From NCBI GenBank assembly GCA_963801665.1, contig CAWDFL010000003.1, positions 280,901 through 344,900 of the forward strand: a stretch of DNA of 64,000 nt, written 5' to 3'. This DNA comes from an uncultured delta proteobacterium (GTDB lineage: Bacteria; Desulfobacterota; Binatia; Binatales; Binataceae). The position numbers and the translations under genes were made by a program. Within the stretch, counting starts at the first letter, position 1. Every line of letters begins with the position of its first letter. Under the pieces are notes generated by a model. It searched no databases and was not told where the DNA came from. It worked only from the letters and a program-made list of their open reading frames with translations. Of the stretch, positions 9,860-19,720 are shown piece by piece.

Positions 9860-10555
9860 TCAGCCGCTCATCGCTTCGCCGATCGCCTCGCGTATTATTT
9901 CGACGACGAGGCCGGGCGCAGTAACGATTGACGCGTGGTCCACCGGATGCGATCGCACCCGGGCGTGCATCCGCTCCGCCATAAAGCGCTGCGTATCGTG
10001 GACGATCATGCGGTCCTGCTCCGCGATGAGAAACCAAGTTGGGCGGTCTTTCCAGAGCGGACGACTCACAGGCACCGTGATGCAGGCAGGCGAAATCGGC
10101 CGCTGAACCGCGCGGAGCAGCGCCAATTCGTCAGCGGAAGCGTTCTGCGCGAACACCGCGGCGAACGATTCGTCCGGCAAATAGATCAGCCCATGATTGT
10201 CCGGCGCCAACTTTGGAGCCAGCGGATGAGGCTTGGCACGATAGAAGACATCGGCGACGGTCTCGCCCTCGTCAGGAGCAAGGGCGGAGACGTAAACCAG
10301 CGCCTTCACCTTCTCACTCCGTGTAGCGGCGATCACGGCCCCAGCGTAGGCATGACCCACAAGAACCACCGTCCCCGAAACTCGCTCGAGCGCGCGCTCA
10401 ACCGCCTCCGTGTCCGCAGCGAACGAGGTCAGTGGCAACGGCGCCGCGAGCACCCCGACGCCTTCGGCAGCCAGCGGCACGATGACCTTGGCCCAGCTCG
10501 ATCCGTCAGCCCAAGCGCCGTGCACCAGCACAACACTCACATTTTCACGCGACAT
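9860..10555 (-). CDS. alpha/beta hydrolase
   Basis: 231 aa; VVLVHGAWADGSSW and GHAYAG nucleophile-elbow variant. Confidence 0.7.
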   Translation of the reverse strand: MSRENVSVVLVHGAWADGSSWAKVIVPLAAEGVGVLAAPLPLTSFAADTEAVERALERVSGTVVLVGHAYAGAVIAATRSEKVKALVYVSALAPDEGETVADVFYRAKPHPLAPKLAPDNHGLIYLPDESFAAVFAQNASADELALLRAVQRPISPACITVPVSRPLWKDRPTWFLIAEQDRMIVHDTQRFMAERMHARVRSHPVDHASIVTAPGLVVEIIREAIGEAMSG

Positions 10556-11240
10556 TGGTTCTCTCCCGATGCCGCGCGATCAACTGATCGGCGACGTCGT
10601 TCAAGTTTGCACCGACGATCTGCGGCTGCGGGCCGACTCCCAGGACGTCGTTGCCCACCCGCTTGATCAAGGCAGCCTCCCAGCCCGCGGCGACGGCGCC
10701 TAGGGTGTCCCATGTATGGCAAGCGATAAGACAGAGCTGAGACGGCTCGGCTCCGAGTTCTCTCTCAACGTAGGCGTAGGCCTGCCGAGAGGGTTTGTGA
10801 TGCTTAACGCCGTCCGCACTGAAACGCCGCTCGAAGAGATCGGCAATCCCACCGTGTTCGAGCTGACGCGCCTGCACCTCCGGCAAATTGTCCGTCAAGG
10901 TGAAGAGCCGGAATCCTGCCGCCCGGAGCTTCTGAAGAGCCGCCGGCACCTCCGGATAGGGAGGCATCGTCGAGAATTTTTCAAAGAGCTCCTTCTTATC
11001 CGTGTCCTGAATCACTATGCCGCGTGTGTTGGCCAGCATCTTCATCACAGCCGAACCGATATCGGTGAACGGCACATAGCATCCGGCTACCGTCAGAGCC
11101 GCGGAATACATAATGAGGTTAGCGAACCAAAGGCGCATTGCGCCTTTGTCGCGGAAGATACGCTCGAACGTCGGCTCCATGGTCGTTAGATCGAGTAGCG
11201 TCTCATTCACGTCGAAGACGATTAGAGGAAGAGCGTTCAC
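10545..11240 (-). CDS. HAD-family hydrolase (haloacid dehalogenase-like)
   Basis: LIVFDVNETLLD (motif I) and ...KPSRQAY... (motif III region). The ORF extends to 11312, but the likely start is GTG giving MNALPLIVFD. Confidence 0.7.
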   Translation of the reverse strand: MNALPLIVFDVNETLLDLTTMEPTFERIFRDKGAMRLWFANLIMYSAALTVAGCYVPFTDIGSAVMKMLANTRGIVIQDTDKKELFEKFSTMPPYPEVPAALQKLRAAGFRLFTLTDNLPEVQARQLEHGGIADLFERRFSADGVKHHKPSRQAYAYVERELGAEPSQLCLIACHTWDTLGAVAAGWEAALIKRVGNDVLGVGPQPQIVGANLNDVADQLIARHRERTNVA

Positions 11241-11375
11241 GTGAATACACTCCAATTTGTTTCGCGTCGCTGTCCAGGTCCGCGAGCTTCTCGAGAACGA
11301 TTGCACGCACAATGGTTCTCCGACACATCAGTGCGCGCCATCTCGTGCGAGAAGCGGGCGCACTGAGCCACGAAA

Positions 11376-12302
11376 CTAAGGGACGAGAAACTCGCGGATC
11401 GCCGCCGCAATCTCGGCGGCGTGGGTCTCCAGCGCGAAGTGTCCGGTATCGAAGAAGCGAACGGAGGCACCGCTAATATCGCGTTTGAATGCCTCGGCGC
11501 CTGGCGGCAGGAAGAAGGGGTCGTTCTTTCCCCATACCGCCAGTAGTGGCGGCTTGTGCTCTCGGAAATATTTCTGGAAGGCCGGGTAAAGCGCGACGTT
11601 GGTCTTGTAGTCGCCGAATAAGTCGAGCTGCGCCTCGTCCGCGCCTGGCCGGGCCAGATAGAAATTATCGAGCGAGTATCCGTCTGGCGAAACCGCCGTC
11701 GCATCAGAGACCCCGTGTGTGTATTGCCAGACGGTCGTCTCGGGCTTGAGGAAAGCGCGGAGTGCGTCGCGGTTGGCTTGCGACGGGTTCTCCCAATAGG
11801 CCCGGATCGGATTCCAGCCATCGCTCAAACCTTCCTCGTAGGCGTTGCCGTTCTGTGAGACGATCGCGGATATACGTTCCGGATGCTTTAGGGCAATCCT
11901 CAAGCCCACCGGCGCACCGTAGTCGAAGATGTAGATCGCGAACCGTTTCAACCCGATCACCTCGGTAAAGCGATCGATTACATCGGCGAGATTATCGAAG
12001 CTGTATTTAAACTTATCGCGGGGCGGCAGATCCGATTGACCGAAGCCCGGCAGGTCAGGCGCTACGAGGTGAAAGCGGTCGGCGAGAAGTGGAATCAAAT
12101 CGCGGAACATATGCGACAACGTCGGGAAGCCATGAAGCAGCAAAACAACCGGCGCGTTCAACTCACCGGCCTCGCGATAAAAAATCTTCATCCCGCTCGA
12201 GTTCACAGTGCGATAGCGTACGATGGGTGAAATCACTTGATCAGTATTCATGATGCCTTCCTTCGTGAGTATTCGGCGATTTACCCGCGTTCGCCTTCTC
12301 AT
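11376..12302 (-). CDS. alpha/beta hydrolase (epoxide hydrolase/haloalkane dehalogenase-like)
   Basis: LLLHGFPTLSHMFRDLIPLLADRFHLVAPDLPGFGQSD; the likely start is the internal Met (MNTDQ..., ~12252). Confidence 0.8.
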   Translation of the reverse strand: MRRRTRVNRRILTKEGIMNTDQVISPIVRYRTVNSSGMKIFYREAGELNAPVVLLLHGFPTLSHMFRDLIPLLADRFHLVAPDLPGFGQSDLPPRDKFKYSFDNLADVIDRFTEVIGLKRFAIYIFDYGAPVGLRIALKHPERISAIVSQNGNAYEEGLSDGWNPIRAYWENPSQANRDALRAFLKPETTVWQYTHGVSDATAVSPDGYSLDNFYLARPGADEAQLDLFGDYKTNVALYPAFQKYFREHKPPLLAVWGKNDPFFLPPGAEAFKRDISGASVRFFDTGHFALETHAAEIAAAIREFLVP

Positions 12303-12310
12303 GAAATTAA

Positions 12311-12877
12311 CTAACGCTCCGGGATCTGCGGAGCCTCAGAGTCAGCGCGCTGAACAAACCGCGCACCAGCGCGGATCGAGGACTCATCGCGGCCGATCAC
12401 CTTGTCCACGAATCGTCTCAGAAAAAAATCGATACTCAGCCATCCCGCGCCTGAAAAGAACAGCCAGACAAACGACAGCGCATACAGCGGTTCATCGAGT
12501 TCGGCAAAGTCATCGAGGCCCCCGACATGCTTCAGTTTCACAGTCAGGATCGCGACTATCATATTGATGATCATGGGAATCGAAACGAAGCGCATTCCCA
12601 ACCCGAGAATCGTCAGCGCACCACCGAGGAATTCCGTGTACGCCGACAGCGCGGCGTTGAAACCGGGGTAAGGAATTCCCCACTGCGCGAACCTCATCGT
12701 GAATGCGTCGAGGTTGTGAATCTTTCCCCACCCGGTCTCCATGAAGAAGTAGCCGACAAACAGACGCATCAGGAGCGCGGGAATCCACCACGCAGCCGAC
12801 AGCCGGTCGAAGAGTTCCGCCGCCGCAATTATGAGCTTTTTCCGGTACACGCTGCTAAGGCCCTCGGGTCCGCGCAA
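12311..12877 (-). CDS. DoxX family membrane protein (BufD-like position)
   Basis: 188 aa, 4 TM helices, DoxX-type sequence (LLMRLFVGYFFMETGWGKI...). Divergent from the Cys-rich precursor gene. Confidence 0.8.
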   Translation of the reverse strand: MRGPEGLSSVYRKKLIIAAAELFDRLSAAWWIPALLMRLFVGYFFMETGWGKIHNLDAFTMRFAQWGIPYPGFNAALSAYTEFLGGALTILGLGMRFVSIPMIINMIVAILTVKLKHVGGLDDFAELDEPLYALSFVWLFFSGAGWLSIDFFLRRFVDKVIGRDESSIRAGARFVQRADSEAPQIPER

Positions 12878-13006
12878 CTTAGATGCGCCAGGACTGACGA
12901 GGTTACAGACTCGCGTTCGCTCGCCAGAGTTCGAATGTCAGGACTGAAACCTTTCTGTCGCTGCGGAATCAAAGTCCCATATCCCAACTCCCTAGGAGGA
13001 GAAAAA

Positions 13007-13270
13007 ATGAACGCGAAGAATCTGCTGATCGCCAGTGCAGTGGCGATGCTGTTTGTAACCGGCGCCGTGAATGCCCGCGCCGATCAGAGCGCGGGCACCG
13101 ATCAGGTGAAGTGCGTCGGTGGGAACAGCTGCAAGGGACAGTCGGCCTGCAAATCCGCGCACAATGACTGCAAGGGCAAGAACGCCTGCAAAGGACAAGG
13201 CTTCGCCCAAACGACCGCGCAGGATTGCAAAGACAAGGGCGGCACCGTCGCATCGCTTGACAGCAAGTAG
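13007..13270 (+). CDS. bufA: Sec-signal-peptide, 6-Cys RiPP precursor (bufferin BUF_6/12Cys-like, BufA)
   Basis: AGGAGG RBS 8 nt upstream; MNAKNLLIASAVAMLFVTGAVNARA signal peptide (AxA site), then KCVGGNSCKGQSACKSAHNDCKGKNACKGQGF...DCKDKGG with repeated C-K-G-x-x-x-C spacing. The supplied 247-aa ORF (12527..) is an artefactual upstream extension. Confidence 0.7.
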   Translation: MNAKNLLIASAVAMLFVTGAVNARADQSAGTDQVKCVGGNSCKGQSACKSAHNDCKGKNACKGQGFAQTTAQDCKDKGGTVASLDSK

Positions 13271-13318
13271 ATCCAAAAAGGCGGACCTCGGCTTCGCAGC
13301 CGGGGTCCGGCCAAATAC

Positions 13319-14161
13319 ATGAGCTTCTTACCCCATCTAGGTCACGGCGTCGGTCTTCGGACCGTTCACTATCCGCAGGTCCTGGACAGGACCGCGCGCT
13401 CGGATTGGTTCGAAGTAATTTCGGAAAACTTCATGATTGCAGGCGGACGGCCTCTGCAGATACTGGAGAAAGCTCGGGAGCTCGCGCCAATCGTTCTTCA
13501 TGGCGTCTCGCTCAATATCGGAGGAACCGATCCTCTCAGGCCAGACTATCTCGCCGATCTCGAGTCGTTGATTCGACGGTTCGATCCAGCTTGGGTTTCC
13601 GATCATCTTTGTTGGGGAGCTAGCGGCGGCCGATTTGCCCACGATCTTTTGCCGCTTCCCTACACTGAAGAAGCGGTGAGGCACGTTGCTTGCCGAATCC
13701 GCCGGGTTCAGGACCGCCTCGGCCGACGCATCCTTGTAGAGAATGTTTCCAGCTACCTGACCTACACCATCTCGTCGATGCCCGAATGGGTCTTTCTTAC
13801 CGCGGTCGCTGAGGAAGCTGACTGCGGAATTCTGTTGGACGTCAACAATATCTACGTTAGCGCGAGCAATCACGGATTCTCGCCCTTCGAGTATCTCTCG
13901 GGAATTCCTGGGGAGCGGGTTGGGCAGATCCACCTGGCTGGTCACAGCACTTCGGGAGACTTGCTGATCGATACGCACGATCATCCTGTTCCGACGCCGG
14001 TGTGGCGGCTTTATCGCGAGGCGGTGCGAAGGTTCGGCGGTGTATCGACTCTCGTGGAATGGGACGATCAGATCCCTTCTTTCGGCGAACTCCTGGCCGA
14101 AGCGAATCGCGCGCGCAAAATTGAGAATGAGGTACTCGGTGCAAGCTGCGTCTCTCCATGA
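13319..14161 (+). CDS. bufB: DUF692 multinuclear non-heme iron oxidase (MbnB/BufB-like MNIO)
   Basis: 280 aa; LGHGVGLRTVHYPQVL...WFEVISENFM...SDHLCW...LVENVSSY, typical of the DUF692/MbnB TIM-barrel family. Confidence 0.85.
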   Translation: MSFLPHLGHGVGLRTVHYPQVLDRTARSDWFEVISENFMIAGGRPLQILEKARELAPIVLHGVSLNIGGTDPLRPDYLADLESLIRRFDPAWVSDHLCWGASGGRFAHDLLPLPYTEEAVRHVACRIRRVQDRLGRRILVENVSSYLTYTISSMPEWVFLTAVAEEADCGILLDVNNIYVSASNHGFSPFEYLSGIPGERVGQIHLAGHSTSGDLLIDTHDHPVPTPVWRLYREAVRRFGGVSTLVEWDDQIPSFGELLAEANRARKIENEVLGASCVSP

Positions 14162-14214
14162 AGTACAGCGTCTGTTCTGGGAGTCTGTAGCGAGACGGCC
14201 CGGCCGCGACTCGA

Positions 14215-14922
14215 TTGCACCCGCCTTCGTCAGGATGGTTCGCGGCGCTAATGACGGCGATCGAAAGAATCGAATCCGCGTTTATTCAGACGCTTACTAC
14301 TTGCGTCTACGGCGACGTCCTCCGCGAAGACTTCCATCGAGTAGCCGCTCTGCTCGGCGCCGGCCAATTCGACCAAGTTGTGGCAAACTATCTGGAGGAG
14401 TTTCCCTCGGAACAGCCATCGGTCCGTCATTTGGGACGCGCTCTCGCCGAATTTCTGCGGCGCCGAGAAGACCTGCCAAAGTGCCTTGCCGATCTCGCGG
14501 AACTCGAATGGGCCCGCGTCGAAGTTTTTGACGCAACCGACGCCTCATGCGCGACGATCGAGGACCTGGTCTCCGTTCCCCCAGATTACTGGCCGGCTTT
14601 GCGCTTTCGGGCGATACCCGCAATGCAAACTCTGCGCACTCAATACCCCGCGCATCAACTTTGGTCCGGCGCCGAGTCCCTGGAACTGTCAGCGGCCGAG
14701 ACTTCGCTCCGCGTGTGGCGCAAAAATGGCGAGGTCCTTCATGCGTCGATGGACGAGCGAGAGTCGGCGGCGCTGAGTAGGATGGTCTCAGGCGAACCGT
14801 TCGCCGCAATCTGTGAAACTTTCACAGATCTGCCCGAGATGGATGCGGCGCAAGAAACGGCTGCGCTTCTCGTGCGATGGATCGAAGACGGGATCATCAG
14901 GCGAATTCGCGCCGCCGATTAG
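14215..14922 (+). CDS. bufC: DUF2063 partner protein (MbnC/BufC-like)
   Basis: 235 aa immediately downstream of the DUF692 gene. DUF2063-like N-terminal region (FQTLTTCVYGDVLRED...LAELEWARVEVFDA). TTG start at 14215 or ATG at ~14251. Confidence 0.75.
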   Translation: MHPPSSGWFAALMTAIERIESAFIQTLTTCVYGDVLREDFHRVAALLGAGQFDQVVANYLEEFPSEQPSVRHLGRALAEFLRRREDLPKCLADLAELEWARVEVFDATDASCATIEDLVSVPPDYWPALRFRAIPAMQTLRTQYPAHQLWSGAESLELSAAETSLRVWRKNGEVLHASMDERESAALSRMVSGEPFAAICETFTDLPEMDAAQETAALLVRWIEDGIIRRIRAAD

Positions 14923-14923
14923 A

Positions 14924-15193
14924 CTACGATGCCTTCGGCCGCTTTGGTCCATTGTTCAGAATCCTGAGGACAAGGGAATTCGGAATTACGGTTTCGCCGG
15001 AATGGCTCGAGTCTTGCGCTATTCGCCTTAACGCGCTGACGGTCAGCTCATATCCCTTCAGGTACTCCGAGCATCGCCTGCATTGGACGACGTGCTGCGA
15101 AAACGATCTGCGGTCAGTGTCGCTCAATTCCCCGTCTCTCAAGAGACGAATCAAGCCGACGAATTTCCGGCAGGTCATCGGGCTACGCCGCAC
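14924..15193 (-). CDS. putative zf-HC2 (ZAS-type) anti-sigma factor
   Basis: 89 aa: MTCRKFVGLIRLLRDGELSDTDRRSFSQHVVQCRRCSEYL, the canonical DGEL...H-x3-C-x2-C anti-sigma zinc motif. Overlaps the NDH-2 3' end by ~11 nt and converges on bufC. Confidence 0.45.
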   Translation of the reverse strand: MRRSPMTCRKFVGLIRLLRDGELSDTDRRSFSQHVVQCRRCSEYLKGYELTVSALRRIAQDSSHSGETVIPNSLVLRILNNGPKRPKAS

Positions 15194-16559
15194 GGCTTTC
15201 CTTATCGTCGGAGCCCTTCGAGGCCGTCGTGCCGAGAGGATGTCTGGCAGTCACGTAGGCGAAGTCTTTCGCAAAGCACAGATCCAGCGTCCAATCGAGC
15301 GCAACGCGCATCTTTTTCTCGAGCCGGGGGAGTTTGAACAGGTAGATTGTGCGCCACAGCCACCAGGCAGAGAACCCCGAGAAGTTGAGGCCAAAGACAT
15401 TCGCCACGCCCGTGCGCCGGCCGATTGCCGCGCGCCGGCCCAACGTCGAGAACCTAAATGGCCTCCTCTTGCCTCCAACGATATCCGCGGCGACGTTGCG
15501 CGCGGCGCATCGTGCTTCGCGAATCGCGTGCTGAGCAGTTGGCGGATGGAATCCTCCCGTCTTGAGGTCAGGAATCGAAGCGCAGTCGCCCAGCGCCCAC
15601 ACGCCGGGAAATTCTTTGTTTTCCAGGTATTCATTGACGAGGATGCGTCCACCTATTTTTGGTACTGGCAGTGCGGCAACCAGAGGATTCGGTGCATTGC
15701 CGGCCGCCCAAATTAGCGTGGTGGCGGGAATCGTCCGGCCGTCTGAGAGCTCGACGATGCCGTCACGCACTGACGTGACACGCGAGCGAGTGATTATCTC
15801 GACACCGCGCGCAGCTAGCTTGCGTTGCGCGTAGGCTCCGAGCTTGTTGCCCAACTCCGGCAAGATGAACTCGTCAGACGATACAAGAATCGTGCGGACA
15901 AATTCCGGCGTCAGGTTGGGATAAAAGCGAATCGCCTGGCGGAGGAAGTCATTGATTCCGCCCAGCGTTTCGACTCCCGCGAAACCGGCGCCCACTACCA
16001 CAAACGTGAGCAGCGGCTGCCGTTTGCCGGCCGCGCACTCCGAGTTCGCTTCTTCGAGATGCGTGATCAGTCTGTTTCTCAATTCGATGGCGTCGTCGAG
16101 CGTTTTGATAGTCAGCGCTATCTCCTGCACCCCCGGCAGGCCGAAGAAATTCGTTCTAGAACCGAGCGCGACTATCAGATGGTCGTAGGCGAGTTCGTGG
16201 ACGTGGCGATCGAAGCCATGGGTGACGGCGACGCATCGCCGTTCCAGGTTTATCGTTTCTATGTCTCCGGTGAAGGTCTTCACTCTGCGGAGCAGCTTGC
16301 GAAGAGGATTGACGATGGTGTTCATTTCGAGATCGCTCGCCGCTACCTCGTGCAGCATCGGCGTGAACAAAAAGTAGTTGTCGCGCGTTACCAGTGTGAT
16401 GCTTACATCGGCCCGGCGGTGCAGAGTTTTTTCCAATTCCATAGCGGCGTAGATGCCGCCGAACCCGCCGCCAAGTATCAGGACTCTGTGGGCGCAATCC
16501 GCGCTTGCGTTGGCCTCGGGAATACCGCCGCATCCGTCTTTATTTTCGGTTTGATTCAA
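15183..16559 (-). CDS. ndh: type II NADH dehydrogenase (NDH-2)
   Basis: Two GxGxxG dinucleotide folds (VLILGGGFGGIYAA; FVVVGAGFAGVE), C-terminal membrane-anchoring amphipathic region; 458 aa. Confidence 0.85.
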   Translation of the reverse strand: MNQTENKDGCGGIPEANASADCAHRVLILGGGFGGIYAAMELEKTLHRRADVSITLVTRDNYFLFTPMLHEVAASDLEMNTIVNPLRKLLRRVKTFTGDIETINLERRCVAVTHGFDRHVHELAYDHLIVALGSRTNFFGLPGVQEIALTIKTLDDAIELRNRLITHLEEANSECAAGKRQPLLTFVVVGAGFAGVETLGGINDFLRQAIRFYPNLTPEFVRTILVSSDEFILPELGNKLGAYAQRKLAARGVEIITRSRVTSVRDGIVELSDGRTIPATTLIWAAGNAPNPLVAALPVPKIGGRILVNEYLENKEFPGVWALGDCASIPDLKTGGFHPPTAQHAIREARCAARNVAADIVGGKRRPFRFSTLGRRAAIGRRTGVANVFGLNFSGFSAWWLWRTIYLFKLPRLEKKMRVALDWTLDLCFAKDFAYVTARHPLGTTASKGSDDKESRAA

Positions 16560-16628
16560 TTGATTCGTTCACGCCGGAGCCGTTGAAAGTGCCTGATTAT
16601 TCGATAGCTTAGATGCGTCTCAGGCCGA

Positions 16629-18689
16629 GTGGTTTCATCATTTCCGTTGGCGTACAGACGGTTTGTCATTAAAATAAGGGCGCTTACGAAGCCCCTGACT
16701 GTCGCGGCGGAGTTCTCTTTGGCGGGTGAGAAGCAATTCGCGGAGCAGACCCCTTTCGACGACGCCGCGCTGCGAGAGATCGTCGAGGGCGTCGAATCGG
16801 AGACGGGCGATCGTTTCTTCTACTCGCTCGTCAAACATCTCGCATCCGCCCTCGGCTGCGAGTACGCGTTTGTCTCCGAACTCCTGGCAGATGGTTTGAG
16901 GTTTCGGACGCGCGCGGTATGGGGACGCGGAAGTTTCATGGAAAACTTCGAAATGTCCCTCAATGGCACTCCATGCGAAGCAGTTCTGAACGGCAAGTCC
17001 TCTCATCATCCCGAACGGATCTGCCAGCTCTTTCCCTCTGACAGCGCTCTTAAGCAGTGGGGCGTCGAGAGCTATTGCGGCGTTCCGCTGCTTGATTCGG
17101 TTGGGATCGTGGTCGGCCACCTGGCAATCCTGTCGGAGCGGCCGATGTGGGAGGGACCTCGCGGCCTCGCGATCATGCGAGTTTTTGCTACTCGCGCGCG
17201 CGCCGAATTAGAGCGGCTGCGCACCGAGGATGCACTGCGCCGCGCGAACGAGGCGTTGCTACGCAGCGAAGAGCGCTTTCGTGACCTGTTCGACGAGGCT
17301 CCTATAGCCTACGTGCATGAAGACCTTGACTCCCGGTTCATCGAGGCGAACCGCACAGCGATGAGGATCCTCGGTCTCAAGCCCGAGGAGGTTGCCGGGA
17401 TGACCGGAAGGTCTTTGGTGCCTGACACGCCCGCCGCGCAGCGCGCCCTGAGCGAGTGGCTCGACTCAATGACGCGAGGCTCCTCCGCCACTAGCGGCAG
17501 GGTCCTTGAGCTGCGCCGCAAGGACGACGACAAGCCCGTTTGGATCCAGTGCTGGTCGAGGCCGGCTCCCGACGGCAGCTACACGCGCACTATGTTTATC
17601 GATGTAACGGACCGCGTGCTCATGGAGCGGGAGAAGGCGCGCCTGGAAGCTCAAAACACCTACCTGATCGAAGAGATCAAGGAAACGCACAACTTTGAGG
17701 AGATAGTCGGGCGGAGCCGGGCTCTGGCCGAGGTGATCGAAAAGGTAAAGCTTGTCGCGAGCACCGATTCGTCGGTGCTGATTCTGGGAGAAACCGGCAC
17801 CGGAAAGGAGCTGATAGCGCGCGCAATACACTCGAACAGCGAGCGCAGGAATCGGCCTCTGGTCAAGGTGAACTGCGCCGCTCTTCCTTTTGGTCTTATC
17901 GAGAGCGAATTGTTTGGTCATGAGAAGGGAGCCTTCACCGGCGCGACCGATCGCCGCATCGGCCGGTTTGAGCTCGCGCACGGAGGGACGATCTTCCTGG
18001 ACGAGATCGGCGATATGCCGGCCGATGTGCAGGCGAAGCTGCTCCGAGTTCTCCAAGAGCATGAATTCGAGCGGGTCGGTGGCTCGAACCTGATCAAGGT
18101 TGACGTGCGCGTGATCGCGGCGACCAATCGCGATCTTTTTCGATCGGTTTCCGAGGGAACTTTCCGGCAGGATCTCTACTACCGCCTCAACGTCTTCCCG
18201 GTTCAAATGCCGCCGCTACGTGAACGCCGCGAAGATATTCCACCGCTCGTGCACTATTTCGTCCGCCGCTTCAGCTTGAAAATCGGGCGCAAGATAACCC
18301 GCATCCAGCGCGAAACGATGGAAAGGCTGGCCAGCTATGCCTGGCCGGGAAATGTGCGGGAGCTCGAAAACGTGATCGAGCGCGCTGTAATCCTGTCGCG
18401 AGGGAACGAACTCGAAGTCGCTCCCGGCGTCTTGCCGGAGATCGCGCCTGTCGCGCACGCGCAAACAGCCCCACCACGGCGCGCGCCAGAGGAAAAGGTT
18501 CCGGCGCTTCCTCGGCCGCAAAGTATAGATCAGGTGGAACGCAATCACATTCTCGAGGTTCTGATGCGAACCAACTGGCGAATCGAAGGAACTGAAGGCG
18601 CAGCGGCATTGCTGAACCTCAATCCCAGCACGCTTCGCAGCCGTATGAAAAAGCTCGGAGTCCAGCGAAACACTCAAGCGACTTCGTAG
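16629..18689 (+). CDS. sigma-54-dependent transcriptional activator (GAF-PAS-AAA+-HTH)
   Basis: Sensory N-terminal domains, AAA+ sigma-54 interaction domain ([36 protein letters not shown] motif, [10 protein letters not shown]), C-terminal Fis-type HTH. Confidence 0.85.
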   Translation: MVSSFPLAYRRFVIKIRALTKPLTVAAEFSLAGEKQFAEQTPFDDAALREIVEGVESETGDRFFYSLVKHLASALGCEYAFVSELLADGLRFRTRAVWGRGSFMENFEMSLNGTPCEAVLNGKSSHHPERICQLFPSDSALKQWGVESYCGVPLLDSVGIVVGHLAILSERPMWEGPRGLAIMRVFATRARAELERLRTEDALRRANEALLRSEERFRDLFDEAPIAYVHEDLDSRFIEANRTAMRILGLKPEEVAGMTGRSLVPDTPAAQRALSEWLDSMTRGSSATSGRVLELRRKDDDKPVWIQCWSRPAPDGSYTRTMFIDVTDRVLMEREKARLEAQNTYLIEEIKETHNFEEIVGRSRALAEVIEKVKLVASTDSSVLILGETGTGKELIARAIHSNSERRNRPLVKVNCAALPFGLIESELFGHEKGAFTGATDRRIGRFELAHGGTIFLDEIGDMPADVQAKLLRVLQEHEFERVGGSNLIKVDVRVIAATNRDLFRSVSEGTFRQDLYYRLNVFPVQMPPLRERREDIPPLVHYFVRRFSLKIGRKITRIQRETMERLASYAWPGNVRELENVIERAVILSRGNELEVAPGVLPEIAPVAHAQTAPPRRAPEEKVPALPRPQSIDQVERNHILEVLMRTNWRIEGTEGAAALLNLNPSTLRSRMKKLGVQRNTQATS

Positions 18690-18730
18690 ATCCGCGAGAT
18701 ATCGCGGGCGAGCGTCGCGGCTCGTGGTCT

Positions 18731-19720
18731 TTGGACGGCCTGAATTACCGAAATCGTTGCGATATTGATCGTGGCCTGCGCCTTGCTGTGAACGAGGCCA
18801 TGATCAGAATCACCGCCGTTACCCACCCGGACTGCAAGACTCGAGTCATTGTCGAGGGCCGAATAACTAAGGTCTCATCCGTCGAATTGGCCGGCGTATG
18901 CCAACAGCATCTCACGCGGGGAGGTAACCTGGAGCTTGATCTGTCGGAAGTGACCTTCGCGGACCGCGATGGCGTAGCCTTGGTGCACGATTTGATCAGC
19001 CAGGGCTGCGTACTTGCGGAGTGCTCGGAGCTGGTGCGCACGCTGGTCGACGATCACTCATCGCAGTCGCCGAAGTCTGATCGCGCAGGCGACGAAGCGC
19101 GGTTGCTTGCGAAACTACGCGCCGGCGAAGAGGGCGCATTCGAACTGGTGGTTCAGCGATACGGCGGGCGCATGCTCGCAACCGCGCGGAGATTTCTGAA
19201 CAATGAGTGCGACGCGCAGGATGCAGTTCAGGAGGCGTTTGCTTCCGCGCTTCGCGCGCTCGACAAATTCAACGGTGACGCGCTTTTGTCGACCTGGCTT
19301 CACCGAATCGTCGTAAACGCTGCTCTGGTGCAATTGCGGTCCAAAAGGCGCAGATGCGAGCAGCCGATAGAAACGTTGCTGCCGCGCTTTGGCCGAGACG
19401 GCGAATGGATCGACGAGCAAGTAACATGGACCAACGCGGCCGAAACCGTTCTCGAAAGTCGCGATTCGCGCGAGATGTTGCGGCGCTGCATCGAGCGACT
19501 TCCCGAGAAGTACCGTTCCGTCCTCGTGCTACGCGACATCGAGGAGCTGGATACTGACGAGGCTGCCCGGTCGCTCTCGGTCACTGTGAACACCGTCAAA
19601 GTGCGGCTCCATCGAGCTCGCCAGTCACTCAAGACTCTCATCGAGCGAGAGCGTGTGCTTCGGTCGCACAATTCGAACCACACGGCGGCGAGAAGTGGAA
19701 TCAAATCGCGGAACATGTGA
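18731..19720 (+). CDS. ECF (sigma-70 family) sigma factor with N-terminal STAS-like extension
   Basis: Residues ~25-110 resemble a STAS/anti-sigma-antagonist fold (IRITAV...ELDLSEVTFADRDGVALVHDL). Residues ~125-315 are sigma regions 2 and 4 (DAQDAVQEAFASALRALDKF...TWLHRIVVNAALVQLR; LPEKYRSVLVLRDIEELDTDEAARSLSVTVNTVKVRLHRAR). The last ~12 codons read antisense through a hydrolase gene fragment. Confidence 0.65.
   Translation: MDGLNYRNRCDIDRGLRLAVNEAMIRITAVTHPDCKTRVIVEGRITKVSSVELAGVCQQHLTRGGNLELDLSEVTFADRDGVALVHDLISQGCVLAECSELVRTLVDDHSSQSPKSDRAGDEARLLAKLRAGEEGAFELVVQRYGGRMLATARRFLNNECDAQDAVQEAFASALRALDKFNGDALLSTWLHRIVVNAALVQLRSKRRRCEQPIETLLPRFGRDGEWIDEQVTWTNAAETVLESRDSREMLRRCIERLPEKYRSVLVLRDIEELDTDEAARSLSVTVNTVKVRLHRARQSLKTLIERERVLRSHNSNHTAARSGIKSRNM

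Noticed and set aside
12527-13270. 247-aa ORF in the supplied track preceding the Cys-rich peptide
   Set aside because: Its first ~160 codons run antisense through the DoxX gene with an RG-rich, low-complexity translation. A strong AGGAGG RBS and signal peptide mark the real start at 13007.
14877-15716. 279-aa plus-strand ORF
   Set aside because: Antisense to the NDH-2 gene, which has clear dinucleotide-binding motifs. No recognisable domains.
16560-16628. Possible sigma-54 promoter (aGGCAC-N5-acgGC) upstream of the NDH-2 gene
   Set aside because: The -12 element is GG rather than GC at the required spacing. Too weak to call.
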